Virus record (IMG/VR): IMGVR_UViG_3300048672_000475
Coordinates: 1 to 64,000 of that record
Strand: one strand, 5' to 3'
DNA: 64,000 nt
Origin: a virus
Numbering within the stretch: position 1 is the first letter of the stretch; each line of letters opens with the position of its first letter. The translations under genes were made by a program, and so were the position numbers. The notes under the pieces are model-generated. The model had not been told where the DNA came from. It worked only from the letters and a program-made list of their open reading frames with translations, and searched no databases. This document shows, piece after piece, positions 61,848-64,000 of this stretch.

Positions 61848-63689
61848 ATGATAAACGTAAAAGAGTACAGTACTCCGGTACTGATAACGACCCTTCGCGC
61901 CTATAACGAGGCATACCGTAGCGGGACGCCTTTGGTACCCGATCACGCCTACGATGCCTTGGTGGAAGAACTTCGATTCCGCATGCCGAGTCACCCATTC
62001 CTGCAAGAACCCGAGCCCGAACCGGAAAACGTATTCGGCAAGACGGCACCCCTCCCAGAGCGTATGCTATCCACCCAAAAAGCGTATACAACCGAAGAGG
62101 TGCAAAAATGGTGTGCGGAAGTAGACCGCGTTTCTAAAATGATAGGCGTAGCGCCGCTCGTCAAAGTGATGCCTAAGTTAGATGGGTATGCAGCGTACTA
62201 CGACGGCGAAAAGATGTATACGCGGGGCGACGGGCGGAACGGTACTGACATATCGCACGTATTAGAGTGCATGACCTTTGATATGACCGTCAAAGGTAAA
62301 GGCGAAATCGTCGTAGATTCAGATTTCTTTAAAGAGTACCTAGCAGACGAATTTGAGAATACACGCAATGTTATCGCGGCGGCGTTGAAAGAAGGCGAAA
62401 AATCCGACGCTGTATTGGCGGGGCTACAATCAGGCCATATTCGATTTGAAGCGTTCAGCAATTTGAGTGTTTCGCCTACTATTAAAGCAACGGACGCGCC
62501 GGCTATAATCGACACGCTGTGGACAGACATAATTACTAACTGCCCGTACGACACGGACGGCCTAGTATTTGAGGCGCTGGATGATGCTGTCAAAGACGAG
62601 ATGGGCGCTACCAATCATCATCACCGTTGGCAGATGGCGTACAAACGCAATACCGAGTTCTATGATGTTCGGGTAACGGGATTAACATGGCAAACAGCCA
62701 AGTCGGGCCGTATTACGCCAGTTGTCGAGCTGGAACCTACGCGCATCTCCGGCGTAACGGTGAGTCGCGCTACGGGACACCATGCGGGTAATGTGATTAA
62801 CCAAGGTATCGACGACGGTGCTATCGTCCGGGTATGCCGAAGCGGTCAGGTTATCCCCTATATCTCAGAAGTGGTAGCCGAGGCACCTTTCGGATTGGTA
62901 GCGCACCCCGGAGAATGCCCATCGTGCGGAGCCCCAACGCATTTGGACGGCGATAACTTGATGTGTACCAACGTCGCGGATTGCCCCGCACAGGTAGCGG
63001 GTAAAATTGAGCATTTTTTCAAAACGATTGGTAATTGTGACGGCTTCGGACCGGTTGTGTGTGAACAACTGGTTAAGTACGGAATAACTAGGGTATCTGA
63101 AGTGTACGGAATGTCTTCTCGGGAGTTTGGTACCGCCGGGTTCGGAGAGAAAACAGCGTTTAATTTATACAATGAGCTGCTTAATAGCACGCAACGGGAG
63201 ATAGAGGACTGGCGATTCTTAGCCGCATTCGGGATTCCTAACTTTGGGCCCGCGAGTTGTGAAAAATTACTTCAAAAATACCCGATAGCTCTGCTGGATG
63301 AGCTGGAGCCAGACGACTTAACTACCGTAGAAGGCATAGGGGAGCTAACGGCTAATTCTTTTTACCAGCAGTTCCAGAATTTAGATTATGACGGCGAATT
63401 TTGGGAGTTGCTAGATATGTTTAGGCTAAAACATACGCCAGTTTGCGGCCACAGGACAGGAAGCCTAGCTGGAAAAACGATTTGCTTTACCGGCACGATG
63501 ACTCAAGGTAGCCGCAAGGATATGGAAGCGTCGGCAAAAGCAAACGGCGCGACGGTGACTTCTAGCGTGAGTAGCAAGACGGATTATCTAGTCTGCGGCG
63601 AAAATGTAGGTGCGAACAAAACGGCTGCGGCGGCTAAGAATGGCGTTACGGTGTTGACGGAGGACGAGTATTTGGGGATGATCGGGTAA
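61848..63689 (+). CDS. ligA: NAD-dependent DNA ligase
   Basis: YNEAY..G.P.VPD..YD, PKLDG, TRGDG, DGLV, C4 Zn finger, HhH, BRCT. Confidence 0.95.
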   Translation: MINVKEYSTPVLITTLRAYNEAYRSGTPLVPDHAYDALVEELRFRMPSHPFLQEPEPEPENVFGKTAPLPERMLSTQKAYTTEEVQKWCAEVDRVSKMIGVAPLVKVMPKLDGYAAYYDGEKMYTRGDGRNGTDISHVLECMTFDMTVKGKGEIVVDSDFFKEYLADEFENTRNVIAAALKEGEKSDAVLAGLQSGHIRFEAFSNLSVSPTIKATDAPAIIDTLWTDIITNCPYDTDGLVFEALDDAVKDEMGATNHHHRWQMAYKRNTEFYDVRVTGLTWQTAKSGRITPVVELEPTRISGVTVSRATGHHAGNVINQGIDDGAIVRVCRSGQVIPYISEVVAEAPFGLVAHPGECPSCGAPTHLDGDNLMCTNVADCPAQVAGKIEHFFKTIGNCDGFGPVVCEQLVKYGITRVSEVYGMSSREFGTAGFGEKTAFNLYNELLNSTQREIEDWRFLAAFGIPNFGPASCEKLLQKYPIALLDELEPDDLTTVEGIGELTANSFYQQFQNLDYDGEFWELLDMFRLKHTPVCGHRTGSLAGKTICFTGTMTQGSRKDMEASAKANGATVTSSVSSKTDYLVCGENVGANKTAAAAKNGVTVLTEDEYLGMIG

Positions 63690-63690
63690 C

Positions 63691-63747
63691 TTGACAACAG
63701 ATCTGCCTCCAATTATCATATATCGGAAATCTGATAACTGGAGGCAG
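63691..63747 (+). promoter_or_regulatory. Promoter overlapping an RBS-sequestering hairpin
   Basis: TTGACA-17-TATCAT; arms 63703-63718 and 63732-63747. Confidence 0.7.
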
Positions 63748-63748
63748 T

Positions 63749-64000
63749 ATGAAAAGAGCGGTAACCGAAAAAACGGAGGCCCTTAAAGAAAAGTTACGTG
63801 GCGAGGGGAGAGTGATTTTCCTTAACCGAATGCAAGAGATGTACGGCGACAAGCTAGATCTTAGCTTGGTTCAATACGTGAATTCGCAGACCAAAGTAAA
63901 GGTACGATGTGTAGAGCACGACCATGTTTTTGAGGGTAAACCAAACAATTTAGGCATGGGTAAGACAGGATGCCCTACTTGCACCACGGCTAAAAAGAAA
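63749..64000 (+). CDS. 3'-truncated DUF723-like Zn-ribbon protein, probable homing endonuclease
   Basis: YGDKLDLS.VQYVNSQTKVKVRCVEH.HVF...P......GCPTC. Confidence 0.7.
   Translation, partial: MKRAVTEKTEALKEKLRGEGRVIFLNRMQEMYGDKLDLSLVQYVNSQTKVKVRCVEHDHVFEGKPNNLGMGKTGCPTCTTAKKK

Overview
A 64 kb segment of a tailed dsDNA phage genome, probably infecting a Gram-negative proteobacterium (Rz/Rz1 spanins, RdgC, HU, sigma70 promoters). No integrase, capsid, portal or large terminase gene is visible in the window. Layout: (1) the 3' part of a giant polyvalent protein (+); (2) a long leftward replication and nucleotide-metabolism arm (RlpA, RdgC, HU, NrdJb-like, DHH, SNF2 helicase, HNH, glycosyltransferase, VRR-NUC, DNA MTase, FolA, ThyA, PolA, SSB, DUF2800); (3) a divergent HTH, primase-helicase and MazG-like block; (4) about 16 kb of small leftward genes with an IS200/IS605 element, a TraR/DksA protein and a ClpX-like ATPase; (5) a repeat-rich ori/terminus-like gap at 49.3-51.4 kb; (6) rightward Rha, lysis, virion, TerS, Tad2-like and NAD ligase genes. 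Most notable: a promoter-driven small RNA whose hairpin loop (UUCCUCCAGUU) is complementary to the AACUGGAG ribosome-binding motif found at about 26 gene starts; a 120-nt tRNA-like RNA whose anticodon arm is replaced by extra hairpins; PolA fractured by a natural split intein around a free-standing GIY-YIG gene; a TnpB apparently lacking its catalytic glutamate; and a D-L-[LIV] C-terminus shared by eight unrelated proteins. All family assignments are motif recognition by eye; no searches were run.
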